A stretch of 64,000 bases of DNA from an uncultured Vicinamibacteraceae bacterium (GCA_964646815.1 CAZYFH010000008.1:8675-72674), one strand, 5' to 3'. Positions 19,616-31,225 are shown, numbered from the stretch's first letter. Translations and numbers: made by a program. The notes: generated from the sequence alone by a model not told the origin.

Positions 19616-20701
19616 TCAGTCTCGCGCCGCGTAGCTCCGTGTGTAGCCGGTTCGGCTGTTGGTCACCGTGAAGCTCCCGTCGCTCCGGGCCGACAGCTTG
19701 TTCCAGTGCGCGGGCCCCATGTGGACGGGTGGGGTCTCAGACGGGGTGCCATCACTTCCATCGTCGAGGTTGGCGATGAAGCGCTCCGGGCGGTTGTGTG
19801 TGTCACCGCCGTCGACGGAGTAGTGGTTCTGCCAGAGGTGCTCGAGGCTCGCCGTCGCATCCAGGATGTCGAATGTCTGCACGGCGCCGCCTTTCCGCGG
19901 CCCGTTGTTCATCAGGGCGGCCAGGGGCTGGAGCGCACGCACAAGTGCCTCTGAGCCCGACGTGTCCGATCCGTGGTGCGAGACCAGGTAAGCGTCGACC
20001 CTGCCGACTTGGTTGTTCGGGCACATCAGGTCGTGTTCCTTGTTCCACGTTAGATCACCCATGATCACGGTTCGGAATCGACCGAAGCCAATGTACGCGC
20101 TCACCGACAGTTGGTCATCCGCGTCGCCGAATCGGCTGGTGATGTCCTCGCCGTGAAACGTAAAGCCCTCGCAGAACGGGTTGTGCTGACCTGCCCCCGC
20201 CAGCGGTGTGCGGAGGACGTCGCCACCAGAGGCGATGATCCGCACGTCGAGCCCGGCGATCGGTACCGTATCGCCAGGCTTGACCGGGAGGTGCCTCCCC
20301 GTCGTCCGGAGGGTGGCGTAGGCGTCGAACGCCTCGCGACCGCCACCGCTGAGTCCGCTTCCTGCTCCGCGGTCCACGAAGTGGCGAATCGGAAGCCGCT
20401 CGGCCAGCTGCAGCGCGCCGCCCATGTGGTCGCGATGGAAGTGCGTCACGAGCAGGTAGTCGATCTGGCTGACGCCTGCGTCGGAGGCCGCCGAGACGAT
20501 GCGGTCGGCGTCGCGTCCCTCGAACGCCGGCCAGCCGGCATCAACGAGCATCGACTCGCCTGACGGCGCCACGAACAGGGTGGCCTCACCGCCCTCGACG
20601 TCGATGACGTAGATATCGAGCGTGGCGGCCGGACCGTGCTGGGCGGCTGTCGCCGCGCACACGACTACGAGACACGCTAGTAATACCGGTAGCACGCGCA
20701 T
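19616..20701 (-). CDS. MBL-fold metallo-hydrolase (ComEC-type lactamase_B-like), secreted
   Basis: Signal peptide MRVLPVLLACLVVVCAATAA and a THFHRDHMGG motif. Confidence 0.7.
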   Translation of the reverse strand: MRVLPVLLACLVVVCAATAAQHGPAATLDIYVIDVEGGEATLFVAPSGESMLVDAGWPAFEGRDADRIVSAASDAGVSQIDYLLVTHFHRDHMGGALQLAERLPIRHFVDRGAGSGLSGGGREAFDAYATLRTTGRHLPVKPGDTVPIAGLDVRIIASGGDVLRTPLAGAGQHNPFCEGFTFHGEDITSRFGDADDQLSVSAYIGFGRFRTVIMGDLTWNKEHDLMCPNNQVGRVDAYLVSHHGSDTSGSEALVRALQPLAALMNNGPRKGGAVQTFDILDATASLEHLWQNHYSVDGGDTHNRPERFIANLDDGSDGTPSETPPVHMGPAHWNKLSARSDGSFTVTNSRTGYTRSYAARD

Positions 20702-20822
20702 GTCACCCCCTGGGTCAGTGGCGTTGCTGAACGACCGGGATACTATACGGGAGCGGAATTTACGGAACTATTACATTGGATTTATCGATCTGGCGGGTGA
20801 TGGCTGATAGGCTGTCTAAACA

Positions 20823-21716
20823 GTGACGCGTGCAGAATGCGAGCCGGAGAGCGTTAGCGGTGCGGTACAGTTCGGGTCCCGCGACCGCATCAACTGGATG
20901 ACGCTGGTGGTGATGGTGGTGTTTCACATCCTTGCCGTAGCTGCCCTGTTCTACACGACATGGCAGGCTATAGCTGTCGCGTTGGGGCTGCACTGGATGT
21001 GCATTGGCTGGGGAATCGGTATGGGGTATCACCGGCTCCACACGCACCGCTCGTATGTGGTACCCAAGCCGCTCGAGTACTTTTTTGCCGTGTGCGGGAC
21101 ACTCACTCTCCAGGGTGGACCCATCTTCTGGACGGCAGTCCACCGCGTGCATCATCAGAAGTCCGACCAGGCGGGCGATCCGCACACGCCGCGCGACGGC
21201 CGATGGTGGTCGCATATGCTCTGGACGGTGTTTGGCCGTCCACTGCATTCGAACACGGCCCTCATGGGTCGGTATGCGCCAGATCTAATGAAGGATCGGT
21301 TCTATCGCGTGCTCAGCGGCTGGCACTGGGTGCCGCTCGTTGGGCTTGGCCTGGTCCTTCTTGCCGCCGGCGGACTGCCCTGGCTGTTGTGGGGCGTGTT
21401 CCTCCGTGTCGTGTTCGGCTTGCACTCAACGTGGCTCGTGAACTCGGCGACTCACTTGTGGGGACGGCGTCGCTTCGAAACGACCGACGATTCCAGGAAT
21501 TCGTGGTGGGTGGCCCTCGTCACCTTCGGCGAGGGCTGGCACAACAACCACCACGCCCATCCCACGTCGGCCCGGCACGGGCTCAGGCGGCGTGAGCTCG
21601 ACGTGACCTGGCTTCAGATTCGGCTGCTCGAAAGAGTCGGGTTGGCGTGGAATGTCCGGCTGCCCACCGTCGACCAACTGGCGAGACAGGCTCCGCTTCC
21701 CACCGCCAACCGCTGA
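20823..21716 (+). CDS. Acyl-CoA (delta-9-type) fatty acid desaturase
   Basis: Three histidine boxes: HRLHTHRSY, HRVHHQKSDQAGDPH, GEGWHNNHHAHP. The start is uncertain (GTG at 20823 or a downstream Met). Confidence 0.85.
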   Translation: MTRAECEPESVSGAVQFGSRDRINWMTLVVMVVFHILAVAALFYTTWQAIAVALGLHWMCIGWGIGMGYHRLHTHRSYVVPKPLEYFFAVCGTLTLQGGPIFWTAVHRVHHQKSDQAGDPHTPRDGRWWSHMLWTVFGRPLHSNTALMGRYAPDLMKDRFYRVLSGWHWVPLVGLGLVLLAAGGLPWLLWGVFLRVVFGLHSTWLVNSATHLWGRRRFETTDDSRNSWWVALVTFGEGWHNNHHAHPTSARHGLRRRELDVTWLQIRLLERVGLAWNVRLPTVDQLARQAPLPTANR

Positions 21717-21801
21717 CACACCCGCCGTTCCCGCGTGGGTGCGATCCGCCTCACGGTTCGGCCTGACGGGTCAAGCGCTCCGGGATGCGTGACCGCCACA
21801 G

Positions 21802-22749
21802 GTGTCCACACGCGTTGGGAGAGGCGCTATCCTAGAAGCGATGATCCTGGCCGGCACGCGCAAGCGCTCCGTGGTCTTGGTCGGCGTGCTGGGGGCGGTG
21901 CTCATCGCCGTCGCGATCGCGCTGAACGTCAGCTGGATCGTCGTGAACTGGCGGACCGGGCTGCTCCTGCTCGTCGGGATCGTGAGCTTTGCAGTGCTCA
22001 TCGCCGGTCTCGCGCTCAACACGGCCTTCCTCATCCGCGAGATCCGCCGAAGCGAGCAGCACGACGCGTTCATTCACGCCGTCACGCACGAGCTGAAAAC
22101 TCCCCTGGCGTCCATCAAGCTCTATCTGCAGACACTCCGTCATCGCGACCTGGTCCGCGACCAGCAGCATGAGTTCATCAACATCATGCTGGAAGATTCA
22201 GACCGCCTTCAGGCGACGATCGATCAGATTCTGCTCACTGGGAAGACGAGCGCGGCGAGGCGCATCGTCGATCCTACCGACGTCGACGTCCCAGACGTCG
22301 TACGGGAATGCGTGACCCTCGCCGGCAAGCAGCACCACCTCGATGACGGCGAGTTGCATCTGTCCGATCGGTGGGCACGGCAGGACGAAGTCGTCATCCT
22401 GGGTGATCGTGACGAGCTGAAGGCGGCGGTGACGAACCTGATCGACAACGCCATCAAGTACTCGGGTGACACGGTGAGGGTCGGCGTGGAGCTTGCGCTG
22501 GGCGCCCGGAACGTCGCCATCCGGGTGAGGGACCAAGGAACCGGCATCACGACGGACGAGCTGAAGCATATCTTCCGGCGCTTCTATAGAATCCCTGGCG
22601 CGTTGAGATTGCGAGTGCGAGGCACGGGACTCGGCCTCGCCATCGTCCACGCGGTGGCCCGACGGCATGGAGGCCGGGCGTATGCGGTGAGTGAGGGACT
22701 GGGGAAGGGCAGCACGTTCACCCTTGAGCTTCCCCTCAAATCGCCATGA
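21802..22749 (+). CDS. Sensor histidine kinase (two TM segments, HisKA + HATPase_c)
   Basis: H-box AVTHELKTPLASI, N-box NLIDNAIKY, G-box GTGLGLAIV. Alternative ATG at 21841. Confidence 0.8.
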   Translation: MSTRVGRGAILEAMILAGTRKRSVVLVGVLGAVLIAVAIALNVSWIVVNWRTGLLLLVGIVSFAVLIAGLALNTAFLIREIRRSEQHDAFIHAVTHELKTPLASIKLYLQTLRHRDLVRDQQHEFINIMLEDSDRLQATIDQILLTGKTSAARRIVDPTDVDVPDVVRECVTLAGKQHHLDDGELHLSDRWARQDEVVILGDRDELKAAVTNLIDNAIKYSGDTVRVGVELALGARNVAIRVRDQGTGITTDELKHIFRRFYRIPGALRLRVRGTGLGLAIVHAVARRHGGRAYAVSEGLGKGSTFTLELPLKSP

Positions 22750-23465
22750 CGCGCGTGCTGATCGTCGAGGACGAGGAGCACCTCGCGACGGGTCTGCGAT
22801 TCAACCTAGAAGCCGATGGCTACGAGGTAGAGCTCGAGGATAACGGCCAGGCCGCGCTCGATCGGCTAACGTGCACCCACGCATTCGATCTCGTGCTGCT
22901 CGACATCATGTTGCCGGGTATGGATGGGTTCGAGGTGGTCCAGCGCCTTCGCGCGGCTGGTGACTTCGTGCCCGTCATGATCCTGACGGCGCGAGGACAC
23001 ACCGATGACGTGCTGCGAGGGTTCGAAGTCGGTGCCGACGACTATCTGCCAAAACCGTTCGACCTCACTGTGCTGCTCGCCCGTATCCAGGAATTGCTCC
23101 GTCGCCGGGAGGGTCTCCAGCGCCGAACGAACAGCGGCCCGTCGGATGAGGCCGACGAGTATCGTTTCCCGGGGGGAAGAGTCGATTTTTCGCGGCAACT
23201 CGTCGATCGGAACGGACGGGAGCAGGCGTTGACTCTTATGGAGACCGCCCTGCTGCGGTATCTGGTCCGTCATGAAGGGACCACGGTCGGGCGGAAAGCG
23301 CTGCTTGAAGAGGTGTGGGGCGTGCGGAAGGATACCGACACGCGCACCGTCGACAATTTTATCGCGCGCTTGCGGCGGCACCTCGAGGATGAGCCGTCGA
23401 ACCCGCGGCACCTGCAGACCGTGCGCGGCGTTGGTTACCGATTCGTTGCGGACCCCGATCGCTGA
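22746..23465 (+). CDS. OmpR/PhoB-family response regulator
   Basis: Receiver domain (VLIVEDE...DLVLLDIMLPGMDG...KPF) plus a winged-helix C-terminus (TVRGVGYRF). The start overlaps the kinase stop. Confidence 0.9.
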   Translation: MTRVLIVEDEEHLATGLRFNLEADGYEVELEDNGQAALDRLTCTHAFDLVLLDIMLPGMDGFEVVQRLRAAGDFVPVMILTARGHTDDVLRGFEVGADDYLPKPFDLTVLLARIQELLRRREGLQRRTNSGPSDEADEYRFPGGRVDFSRQLVDRNGREQALTLMETALLRYLVRHEGTTVGRKALLEEVWGVRKDTDTRTVDNFIARLRRHLEDEPSNPRHLQTVRGVGYRFVADPDR

Positions 23466-23475
23466 CAACCTGCGA

Positions 23476-23493
23476 GCCAGGCTGACGCCTGGC
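23476..23493 (+). terminator. Short hairpin after the response regulator gene
   Basis: GCCAGGC-TGAC-GCCTGGC lies 10 nt after the stop. No U-tract. Confidence 0.25.
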
Positions 23494-23603
23494 ACTCCGA
23501 ATGGCCGTACAAGTGAACTCAGCGGCAGCGTAGGTCTTCAGGGTCCACGACCCAAGCCTGGACGCTTGGCTCAGGCGGAGCGAACACGGCGAGGTCAGGG
23601 CTC

Positions 23604-25067
23604 CTACGCCAGGACGGCGTCGACGACCTTTCCGTGCACGTCGGTGAGGCGGAAGTCGCGTCCCTGGTATTGGAACGTCAGCTTCGCGTGGTCGATGCCG
23701 AGCAGATGCAGCATCGTGGCATGCAGGTCGTGGATGTGCACCGGATCCCTGGCGATGTTGTACGAGAAGTCGTCAGACTCGCCGTAGGTGATGCCCGATT
23801 TGATGCCGCCGCCCGCCATCCAGATCGTGAAACAGCGTGGATGGTGGTCGCGCCCGTACGTTTCTTCCGTGAAGATCCCCTGGCAGTAGGCGCTGCGGCC
23901 GAACTCGCCGCCCCAGAGGACTAGCGTGTCGTCCAGCATCCCTCGGCTTTTCAGGTCTTGCACCAGCGCCGCCTGGGCCTGGTCGACGTCCTTGGCCTGT
24001 CGCTCGATCCCCAACGGAAGTCGCGTGTGCTGGTCCCATCCCCGATGGAAGAGCTGGATGAACCGCACGTCGCGCTCGGCCAGACGCCTGGCGAGCAGGC
24101 AGTTGCGGGCGAAGGTTCCCGGCTTTCGAGCATCCTCACCGTAGAGCTCGAAGACGCTGTCCGGCTCGTCCGACAGGTCTGCCAGCTCCGGCACGGAGCT
24201 CTGCATCCGATACGCCATCTCGTACTGCGCGATGCGCGTGCCGGTCTCTGGATCCCCGAATTCCTCTTCCTTCTGCCGGTTGAGCTTCTCGAGATCGTCC
24301 AGAAAGCGGCGCCGCGTGGTCTGGTCGACGCCCGGCGGGTTCGACAGATACAGCACAGGATCACCGGTGGCGAGAAACTTGACCCCTTGGTAGCGCGTCG
24401 GGAGGAATCCGCTGCCCCACAGCCGGTCGTAGAGCGGTTGCCCGACCTGCGCCGACCCTTTCGAGATCATCGCCACGAACGTCGGCAAGTCGGCGTTCAT
24501 CGTGCCGAGACCGTAGGACAGCCAGGCGCCGATACTCGGCCGGCCCGCGAGCTGCGCGCCGGTCTGGAAGAACGTGATCCCCGGGTCGTGGTTGATAGCC
24601 TCGGTGTGCATCGACTTGATGAAGCAGAGGTCGTCGACGATCTTGGCGGTGTGCGGCATCAGGTCGCTGACCCACGCTCGGGAGTCGCCATGCTGCCGGA
24701 ACGGGAACTTCGACGGGACGAGCGGGAAGCTCGTCTGGGCCGCCGTCATCGTGGTCACGCGTTGATTGCCACGCACGGACGGCGGTAGATCCTCGCCCAC
24801 CATCTCCGCGAGGCGCGGCTTGTAGTCCCATAACTCATGCTGCGACGGTGCGCCGGACTGGAACAGATAGATGATGCGCTTCGCCTTCGGCGCGAAGTGC
24901 GGCAGCCCCGGCAGCCCGCCCGTTGCCGTTCCGGCGATCCCGGGCGCCTGAGCCGAGAGATCGGCGTTGAAGAGCGTGGCCAGTGCGGCTGCGCCGATTC
25001 CCGACCCAGAGAGCTCGAGAAAGCGCCGGCGACTGAGGAGACGCTCAAGATGTTGAAGCGGATCCAT
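23604..25067 (-). CDS. DUF1501 (sulfatase-fold) protein with Tat-type signal
   Basis: N-terminus [19 protein letters not shown]. The length and motifs are typical of DUF1501, and it sits immediately downstream of a DUF1549/DUF1553 gene, which is the classic pairing. Confidence 0.8.
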   Translation of the reverse strand: MDPLQHLERLLSRRRFLELSGSGIGAAALATLFNADLSAQAPGIAGTATGGLPGLPHFAPKAKRIIYLFQSGAPSQHELWDYKPRLAEMVGEDLPPSVRGNQRVTTMTAAQTSFPLVPSKFPFRQHGDSRAWVSDLMPHTAKIVDDLCFIKSMHTEAINHDPGITFFQTGAQLAGRPSIGAWLSYGLGTMNADLPTFVAMISKGSAQVGQPLYDRLWGSGFLPTRYQGVKFLATGDPVLYLSNPPGVDQTTRRRFLDDLEKLNRQKEEEFGDPETGTRIAQYEMAYRMQSSVPELADLSDEPDSVFELYGEDARKPGTFARNCLLARRLAERDVRFIQLFHRGWDQHTRLPLGIERQAKDVDQAQAALVQDLKSRGMLDDTLVLWGGEFGRSAYCQGIFTEETYGRDHHPRCFTIWMAGGGIKSGITYGESDDFSYNIARDPVHIHDLHATMLHLLGIDHAKLTFQYQGRDFRLTDVHGKVVDAVLA

Positions 25068-25072
25068 CGCTG

Positions 25073-28000
25073 CTATTCCTTTGTGATCGTCCCGTCGAGG
25101 TTCAGGATGAGGCTGGCCGCCATCGTGTAGGACGCGAGCTCCGCGACGTCGAGCGTCTCATCACGCGGTGATTCGCCCATTTTGATGAGCTCCAACGCGG
25201 CCGCGCGATCACCCTGGTAGTGCTCCATGTGGCGCCGGAACCCGTCGATGAGCACGGCGTGCGCCTCGGGTCGTGGACGGTGCGCCGTGGCCGCGCGGTA
25301 GCCGTAGGCGAGGCGTTCCTCGGGTGTCGCGCCCCCCTCGGCCATCATGCGCTCGGCCAACCGGCGCGCTGCCTCGACATAGGTGACGTCGTTCATCAGG
25401 TTCAGCGCTTGGAGCGGTGTGTTCGTCCGCCCCGTCCGCACGACGCACGTCTCCCGTGTTGACGCATCGAACGTCATCATCGTCGGCGGCCCGAGCGTCC
25501 GCTTCCAGAAGGTGTAGAGGCTCCGGCGGTATAGATCGTCGCCCTCGCCCTCCACGTAGTCGCCGTAGCCGCCTTCGACCATGTCGGCCCACAGGCCGTC
25601 CGGTTGATAGGGCTTGACCGACGGTCCGCCGAGCTTCTCGACCAGCAGTCCGGACACCGCGAGCGCTTGGTCGCGGATCATCTGCGGCGGCAAACGCAGT
25701 CGCGGTCCTCGCGCGAGGCGGCGGTTTTCCGGGTCAGCTTCGAACACGTCCGGCGTGACATGTGACGCCTGCCGGTAGGTGGCGCTGGTCACGATCGTTC
25801 GCTGGAGCGCTTTGACGTCCCAACCCGAGTCGATAAAGCTCGTCGCCAGCCAGTCGAGCAGCTCGGGATGGCTCGGGCGTTCGCCCTGGGTGCCGAAGTT
25901 TTCGGCCGTCTTGACGATGCCGGTGCCGAAGTACATCTGCCAGAAGCGATTCGCCGTTACACGTGCGGTGAGCGGGTGGCTCGGGTCGACGAGCCAGCGC
26001 GCGAGCGCCAGCCGGTTTGCATCGACGTCAGCCGGAAGCGGCGGCAGCACCGCCGGTACGCCAGGGCTGACCGGATCCCCTGGGTTGTCGTAGGCGCCAC
26101 GAATGAGCTGAAACGTCGGCCGTCGGTCCTCTAGCTCTTCCATCACCATGACGGTCGGGAAGCTCTCCCAGAGCGCCTCACGGTCGCGCTCGAGCGCGAC
26201 GACCTGGCGCCAGGCCTCGTGGATCTCCAGCGGCGCGTACTGATCGAGAAAGGCGAGACGCATCTTGTCGGCCTGTGCGTCCGTCCGCCGATCCGCGGGG
26301 ATGACCGCGATGTCGGTGAGCGAGTCAGCAGTTCCGATGACCGCTGCCTCTTCAGGCGTCAAGACCGCCGCGTAGATACGCACATCGTCGATGCGCCCCT
26401 GGAAACGCGGTTTGTCGGAGCCGCTCGCCCCGATGCGCAATGGCCACCGTAGCCGGAGGCGGTTACCGACGAGATCGTTGAGCCCCGTCAGCGTTTGCGA
26501 TCTGCCGTCGATATAGACGCGGATCCCGTCCGGCGTCTTCGATCCGTCGTACGTGGCCACGACATGCTGCCATTCGTTGAGGCGAATGGCCCCGACGGTT
26601 TTGGCAGCCACGCCGTCGTCGAGCACACGGGTCGACATGTTGAAGAGGACCTTGCCGTCCTCGAGATAGAGGCCCCAGCCCACCTCGCCTTGGTCACCGG
26701 CCGTCGCCCGCGACACGATCACGCCGTCCATTGCGGCGGGATAGATCCAGGCAGCAAGCGTCCACTCGTCGTCGTAGGTGAGGTCCGGGTGGTTGCCCGC
26801 ATTGATGAACCGCTGTCCGTCGAAGCTGGCGGCGACGCCGACCTTGCCATCGACGAAATGCGGCCGGCCATCCTCGAGTACGACCGTGACGGGCTCGGCG
26901 GCATGGACGACGCCGGCGAGGTCGCCGTCGAGCGGATGATGCACGACGAGGTTGTCGCTCAGGACCCAGTTGATCGGCAGAGACGCCTCTAGCGTGCCTT
27001 CCCATGCCACCTGTGCCGCGGTGGCGTCAGGTTGCAGCGCGCGGAACGCCTCATGCGCGTCGCGCAGCTTGTCATCTACTGCTGCGAGCTCTGTCTCCTG
27101 TGCGGGAGTTGGCGCCGTGATCAACGGAGGCGAGTTGACGTACTTGAACCCCTTGCCGCGGTCGGGCACGTTGTTGAAATTGGCGAGGAACTCGTAGAAC
27201 TCCCTCTGGGTCAGCGGGTCGAACTTGTGGTCGTGACAGCGCGCACACCCAAGCGTCAGACCGAGCCACACCATCGACGTCGTCTGCACGCGGTCGACGG
27301 CATACTCGACGAGGAACTCTTCCGGGACGATGCCTCCCTCGCTGTTCTGGCTGTGGTTGCGGTTGAACGCGGTCGCGATCTGTTGGTCGCGCGTCGCGTT
27401 CGGCAGCATGTCGCCGGCGATCTGCTCGATGGTGAACTGATCGAACGGCATATTGTCGTTGTACGCGTCGATCACCCAGTCCCGCCAGCGCCACATCGAA
27501 CGCTCACCGTCGGTCTGATAGCCGTTGGTGTCGGCGTAGCGCGCGGCATCGAGCCATTCGGTGGCCATTCGCTCGCCGTAACGCTGGGACCCGAGCAACC
27601 GGTCGACGGCGCGCTCGTACGCATCAGGGGAGTCGTCGTTAAGAAACGCGGCGACGTCGCCCGCCGTCGGTGGCAGCCCCGTCAGATCGAGCGTGACGCG
27701 GCGCAGCAGCGTGGCGCGGCCGGCCTCCGCCGAGGGGGTCATCCCGTCCCGCTCAAGCTGTGCGAGGACGAAGGTATCGATCGGATTGCGTATCCACCCA
27801 CGGTTCGCCACCAGTGGCAGCAAAGGGCGCTCGGGTGGGATGAACGCCCAGTGCGATGCCCACTCGCTACCCTGATCGATCCAGAGTCGAATCGTCTCGA
27901 TCTCGTCGTTGGAGAGCGGATCGCCGCCGCGGGGCATCCGTTCACGCGCGTCGTCCGCCGCGATCCGGTGGAACAGCGCACTACCGGACGCGTCACCCGC

Positions 28001-28597
28001 GACGATCACCGGGCCGCCGAACTGGCCGCGGTCCGCAAATGGCCCCGTCTGCACGTCCAACCGGAGGCCACGCTGGCGCCCTTGCTCGTCCGGCCCGTGA
28101 CACGAAAAACAGTTCGCGGAGAGGATCGGGCGCACCTCCCGATCGAAGTCGACGACCCTCGCCGTGGTTGCGGTGGCTCCAGGAACGGTCGCCGCGAGGT
28201 CGCCCTCCCACGCAGCTCCCGCGTCGATCCAGCGTCGCACGAACTCGACCTGGCCGGCGGTCAAGGATCGTTCCGAAGATACCGGCGGCATGCGTCCGAC
28301 CGTATCGTCGGTCGTCAGCCGTTGAAAAAGGGGGCTAGCCTCTGCGTCGCCCGGCACGACCACCTTGCCGATGAACGCGCCCGTGTCGAAGCGCAGGTCG
28401 GCCTGTCGCGTGGTCTCGTTCGGGCCGTGGCAACCGAGGCACGCCTCGGCGAGCAACGTCCGAATAGTATGGCCATCGTCCCGGGTTTGAACGGCGACTT
28501 GCGCAGAGGCGACACTGGTCTCGCGGGTCAGGTGGACGCTCAGCACGACCGCGAGGATGGCACAGGGAAGCGCACAGGCCCGAAGGATGGTTGTCAT
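25073..28597 (-). CDS. PSCyt1/DUF1549/LamG/DUF1553 multidomain protein
   Basis: ATG at 28597 gives a signal peptide ([21 protein letters not shown]). Two CxxCH motifs occur in Planctomycete-cytochrome-like contexts ([38 protein letters not shown]). A LamG-like block ([20 protein letters not shown]) and the [14 protein letters not shown]1549/1553 hallmark are present. Confidence 0.8.
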   Translation of the reverse strand: MTTILRACALPCAILAVVLSVHLTRETSVASAQVAVQTRDDGHTIRTLLAEACLGCHGPNETTRQADLRFDTGAFIGKVVVPGDAEASPLFQRLTTDDTVGRMPPVSSERSLTAGQVEFVRRWIDAGAAWEGDLAATVPGATATTARVVDFDREVRPILSANCFSCHGPDEQGRQRGLRLDVQTGPFADRGQFGGPVIVAGDASGSALFHRIAADDARERMPRGGDPLSNDEIETIRLWIDQGSEWASHWAFIPPERPLLPLVANRGWIRNPIDTFVLAQLERDGMTPSAEAGRATLLRRVTLDLTGLPPTAGDVAAFLNDDSPDAYERAVDRLLGSQRYGERMATEWLDAARYADTNGYQTDGERSMWRWRDWVIDAYNDNMPFDQFTIEQIAGDMLPNATRDQQIATAFNRNHSQNSEGGIVPEEFLVEYAVDRVQTTSMVWLGLTLGCARCHDHKFDPLTQREFYEFLANFNNVPDRGKGFKYVNSPPLITAPTPAQETELAAVDDKLRDAHEAFRALQPDATAAQVAWEGTLEASLPINWVLSDNLVVHHPLDGDLAGVVHAAEPVTVVLEDGRPHFVDGKVGVAASFDGQRFINAGNHPDLTYDDEWTLAAWIYPAAMDGVIVSRATAGDQGEVGWGLYLEDGKVLFNMSTRVLDDGVAAKTVGAIRLNEWQHVVATYDGSKTPDGIRVYIDGRSQTLTGLNDLVGNRLRLRWPLRIGASGSDKPRFQGRIDDVRIYAAVLTPEEAAVIGTADSLTDIAVIPADRRTDAQADKMRLAFLDQYAPLEIHEAWRQVVALERDREALWESFPTVMVMEELEDRRPTFQLIRGAYDNPGDPVSPGVPAVLPPLPADVDANRLALARWLVDPSHPLTARVTANRFWQMYFGTGIVKTAENFGTQGERPSHPELLDWLATSFIDSGWDVKALQRTIVTSATYRQASHVTPDVFEADPENRRLARGPRLRLPPQMIRDQALAVSGLLVEKLGGPSVKPYQPDGLWADMVEGGYGDYVEGEGDDLYRRSLYTFWKRTLGPPTMMTFDASTRETCVVRTGRTNTPLQALNLMNDVTYVEAARRLAERMMAEGGATPEERLAYGYRAATAHRPRPEAHAVLIDGFRRHMEHYQGDRAAALELIKMGESPRDETLDVAELASYTMAASLILNLDGTITKE

Positions 28598-28682
28598 ATG
28601 CGTACCTTCTCGTGTCGTCCCCCGAGGCGTCATGCTCCCCAAGTCTATCGTGCCAGCGACGCAAACACGAGGACCACGCCGG

Positions 28683-30596
28683 TCAATACGCCATCGCGTA
28701 ACAGTCCCGACGCGGGTCACCTGCAGCTAGTCGGTTGCCTGTCGCCGGGTCGATCATCACCACCGTGGCGCAGCCGGACACGCCGAACGCCGGAACCTTA
28801 GTAACGTCGTGCCCGCGGCTGCGCAGCTCGCGAAACACCTCGGGCGAGAGAGTCGATTCGACGTCCATTTGATTGAAGCCGGCGGCGTGCGGCCAGAACG
28901 AGCCGTGCAGGTGACGCGTGCGGACCCGTGGCCACGCGATGGCGTCGTGCAGGTTCGGGTACCAGTCCGACCAGAACTCGACGATGTTGAGAAACGCCTG
29001 CAGGATGGTCTGATCCTGGTTGTCGCCGCCAGGTGTACCGATCGCCATGAGCGGGTCGTTGCCCCGAAGCACGATGCTCGGGGTCAGCGTGTAGCGCGGG
29101 CGCGCCCGCGGGCGGATCTGATTGGCGCGGTCTGCGTCGAGCCAGAACTGTTCGCCGCGGGTGCTGAGGCCAATGCCGGTGTTACCCAGAATTACCCCAC
29201 CGCCAATCCATCCGCCGCTCGGCGTACTATCGAAGACGTTGCCGGCCTCGTCGATGACGGCGATGTGCGTTGTATCCTTCAGGCCCCCGGCGGACGGCAC
29301 GAACGATCCCGGCGCATTCTCCGTGTCCGAGGCGTCCTCGAGGTCCGCGACCCAGTAGGGCCAGGTATCCACCTGGGGGTCGTGGGGTAGCGGATCGCCG
29401 GCCTTGAACGCAAGCGAGGCGCGCGCGCGGTCGATCGTCGACGCGCGCGCAGCGCCGTAGCTCTTGGAGAGGAGCCCGATGGCCGGCACCTCCACGAATT
29501 CGGGGTCGGCGTAGTAGGTGTCGCGGTCCGCATACGCCAGCTTCATCGCTTCGACGAGCGTGTGCAGATAGTCGGGGCTGTTGTGCCCCATCGATCGGAG
29601 ATCGAAGGTCTCTAGGATGTTGAGTGTCTGGAGCAGCACGGGGCCCTGACTGCCAAACCCCTGCTTGTAGACGGTGTACCCCCGATAGTCGGTTCTGGTA
29701 GGCTCCTCGATCTTGGCGAAGAACTCGGCGAAGTCTGTCGCATCGAACGGCGCGTCGTGCCGCTGCAGAAAGGCCACCATCTCCGCGGCGATGTCGCCTT
29801 TGTAGAACCTGTCACGCGCCGCGGTGATGCCCTCTGCGCGGCCCAGGCGAGACGCCTCCCGCTCCGCGTCGACCATCCTCGCGAGCGTCGCCGCAAGCGC
29901 TGGAAATCTGATGGTCTCGCCGGCGGTGTAGAGTGTGCCGTCGGGCTTCAGCCAGGCGCGTCGGTTGTCCGGCCACGCTTGGACGAACTCCAGGTTCGCC
30001 TCGATAGCTCGCGCAGTGAGCGGCCGCAGCGGAAACCCGTGCTCCGCGTAGTCGATGGCGCGCGACGAAACCTGTTCGAAACTCATCGTGCCCCACCGCT
30101 CGAGGACGGTCAGCGCGCCGTGAAGCGCACCCGGCACGACGGCCGGATCGAGCCCTTCGCCGAACAGATCCCGGTTCCGCGTGCGATACCATGCAAGCGT
30201 GGCCCGCTTCGGCGCCCAGCCTTGGCCGACGATGGAGGTGACCCGTCGCTCCGCGTTTGGATACACGAGGATGAGCGCCTCGCCGCCCAGCCCGTAGAGA
30301 TCCTGCTCGACGACGCCGCCGACGAGCAGCGCCGTCACGCCGGCATCGAAGGCGTTGCCGCCACGGAGCAGCGTGTCGAGGGCAGCGGCCGACGTCAGCG
30401 GGTGTCCGGTCGAGACGGCAGCGGTTCGACCTGAGACCGGTGGCCGTTGGGCGCTGAGCGACGCGGCGGCCAGCGCCACGATCACGCTGGCGACGGCGAC
30501 CTGACATTGCGCGATCCATGGCTGGTGCCGATGGCCGGCAGGGTGCGGTGACCCGCGACGACGGATGGGTGCTTTACGCGAGTGGCGGAGCATCAA
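28683..30596 (-). CDS. ggt: Gamma-glutamyltransferase family protein
   Basis: The nucleophile region LKDTTHIAVIDEAGNVFDSTPSGGW and GTPGGDNQDQTILQAFLN are present. The signal-like segment lies after an arginine-rich leader, so the start is uncertain. Confidence 0.85.
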   Translation of the reverse strand: MMLRHSRKAPIRRRGSPHPAGHRHQPWIAQCQVAVASVIVALAAASLSAQRPPVSGRTAAVSTGHPLTSAAALDTLLRGGNAFDAGVTALLVGGVVEQDLYGLGGEALILVYPNAERRVTSIVGQGWAPKRATLAWYRTRNRDLFGEGLDPAVVPGALHGALTVLERWGTMSFEQVSSRAIDYAEHGFPLRPLTARAIEANLEFVQAWPDNRRAWLKPDGTLYTAGETIRFPALAATLARMVDAEREASRLGRAEGITAARDRFYKGDIAAEMVAFLQRHDAPFDATDFAEFFAKIEEPTRTDYRGYTVYKQGFGSQGPVLLQTLNILETFDLRSMGHNSPDYLHTLVEAMKLAYADRDTYYADPEFVEVPAIGLLSKSYGAARASTIDRARASLAFKAGDPLPHDPQVDTWPYWVADLEDASDTENAPGSFVPSAGGLKDTTHIAVIDEAGNVFDSTPSGGWIGGGVILGNTGIGLSTRGEQFWLDADRANQIRPRARPRYTLTPSIVLRGNDPLMAIGTPGGDNQDQTILQAFLNIVEFWSDWYPNLHDAIAWPRVRTRHLHGSFWPHAAGFNQMDVESTLSPEVFRELRSRGHDVTKVPAFGVSGCATVVMIDPATGNRLAAGDPRRDCYAMAY

Positions 30597-30625
30597 TCGT
30601 GTCGACTCGTGAGTGGGACACCCGA

Positions 30626-31222
30626 TTATACGCGCGCACGGGCGCGCTGGGGCCGCTGCACGGCGCGATGTCTAAAGCAGTTGACGAGATGGTCGTTGAC
30701 CATGCCCGTGGCCTGCATATGCGCGTAGCAGATGGTCGATCCGACGAACTTGAACCCGCGGCCCTTGAGGTCCTTGCTCAGCGCGTCCGATTCCTTGGTG
30801 CGGGCTGGTACCTGCTTCAGCGTCGTCCAGGCGTTGCGGATTGGCCGGCCGTTCACGAATCGCCAGATGTAGCGATCGAAGCTGCCGAAGGCCTCTTGCA
30901 GGGCGAGAAATGCGCGGGCGTTGGTGACCGCGGCGTTGATCTTTAGCCGATTGCGGATGATCTGGTCGTTGGCGAGCAGGCGATTGATCTTGCGCACGTC
31001 GTATCTGGCGACCTTCCGCGGATCGAAATGGCTGAACGCGCGGCGGTAGCCCTCGCGCTTCTTGAGGATGGTGAGCCAGCTCAGCCCGGCCTGGGCGCCT
31101 TCGAGCAGTAGCATCTCGAAGAGCTTCGTCTCGTCATGCTGCGGCACACCCCACTCGGCATCGTGATAAGCGACGTAGAGCGGGTGCGTGTCGCCCCACG
31201 GGCACCGCGTGCGTGTCACCAT
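30626..31222 (-). CDS. tag: DNA-3-methyladenine glycosylase I
   Basis: CPWGDTHPLYVAYHDAEWGVPQHDETKLFEMLLLEGAQAGLSWLTILKKREGYRRAF is a near-textbook Tag sequence. Confidence 0.9.
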   Translation of the reverse strand: MVTRTRCPWGDTHPLYVAYHDAEWGVPQHDETKLFEMLLLEGAQAGLSWLTILKKREGYRRAFSHFDPRKVARYDVRKINRLLANDQIIRNRLKINAAVTNARAFLALQEAFGSFDRYIWRFVNGRPIRNAWTTLKQVPARTKESDALSKDLKGRGFKFVGSTICYAHMQATGMVNDHLVNCFRHRAVQRPQRARARV

Positions 31223-31225
31223 CGC

